Positions 63,486 to 64,000 of a stretch of 64,000 nt of DNA are shown here, piece by piece. Under the pieces are notes generated by a model. The model was given only the letters and a program-made list of their open reading frames with translations, was not told the origin of the DNA and searched no databases. The number at the start of each line of letters is the position of its first letter. Positions within the stretch are counted from its first letter, which is position 1. The stretch lies in the NCBI GenBank assembly GCA_965113315.1, contig OZ220371.1; one strand, given 5' to 3'. The DNA is from Podarcis vaucheri. Its lineage: Eukaryota. A program made the translations under genes and the position numbers.

Positions 63486-64000
63486 CAAAGTCACAAGTGC
63501 TGCAACTTATGACAGCCTCAGGTGCCATCGGGGTGTTCCCACCCACCTCCCTGCCCTGCTTGCCTGATATTTGGATTGAGAGGAAAGCTCTAATGGCTAC
63601 AATGGTAGGTTTTTTCTCCCAATGACAATAGTCGGATCACTTCCATACCAACATTTAAAACGCTTTGTTTCTCCTAAGGAATCCCAGGAACTGTGGTTTG
63701 TTAAGGGTGCTGGAAATTATAGCTCTGTGAGGAGTAAACTGCAGTTCCCAGATTTCAGGGGGTGGGGAAGCAATGTTCTTTAAATATATGGTGTGAGGAA
63801 TGCAGCGGGAATGCAAGCCCCCAGCCTCCCAAATAACCTTTCACACAATTGATGGTTGTATGAATAGTGTCTTGCCTAGCCTGGCCCTGAAACACCCTTT
63901 GGACTGCAGGCCCTTGCACTGCATTGGCAGCCATTTTGAAAGGTTCCCCAATCTGTGAGCAGGTTTTTGGTGAGTACCTGGAGCCGTGAGAAGAATATGG

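Noticed and set aside
63978-64000. Possible further upstream WD-gene exon end (HILLTAP-G|GTACTC on the minus strand)
   Set aside because: The phase would fit, but the donor is weak, only 23 nt are visible and no motif supports it.

Overview
This is AT-rich vertebrate genomic DNA from a squamate, probably a lacertid lizard, judged from its Sauria SINE, Bov-B, L2 and CR1 repeats. I built the spliced gene models by hand, using GT-AG junctions with consistent reading phase. On the + strand are the last two coding exons of INTU (1472-2095), a complete 6-exon SLC25A31/ANT4 (4383-15428, 314 aa) and a complete 19-exon HSPA4L (24971-50809, 838 aa). HSPA4L has a CpG-island promoter with a four-unit heat-shock element. 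On the - strand, converging tail-to-tail on HSPA4L, are the 3' seven exons of an intact WD40-repeat gene of the WDR49/WDR95 type (57102-62783). As far as I recall, mammals have no gene between HSPA4L and PLK4, while Wdr95 sits tail-to-tail with the HSPA4L paralogue Hsph1. This gene may therefore be a retained whole-genome-duplication copy (ohnologue) of Wdr95, and it is the most interesting item here. Other notable observations: a pogo-type transposon inserted about 20 nt from an INTU splice acceptor, a 28-bp templated insertion in the ANT4 promoter copied from 3.8 kb upstream, and an upstream ORF overlapping the ANT4 start. Most entries in the ORF track are spurious. No database searches were run, so family names come from recognised motifs and recall.
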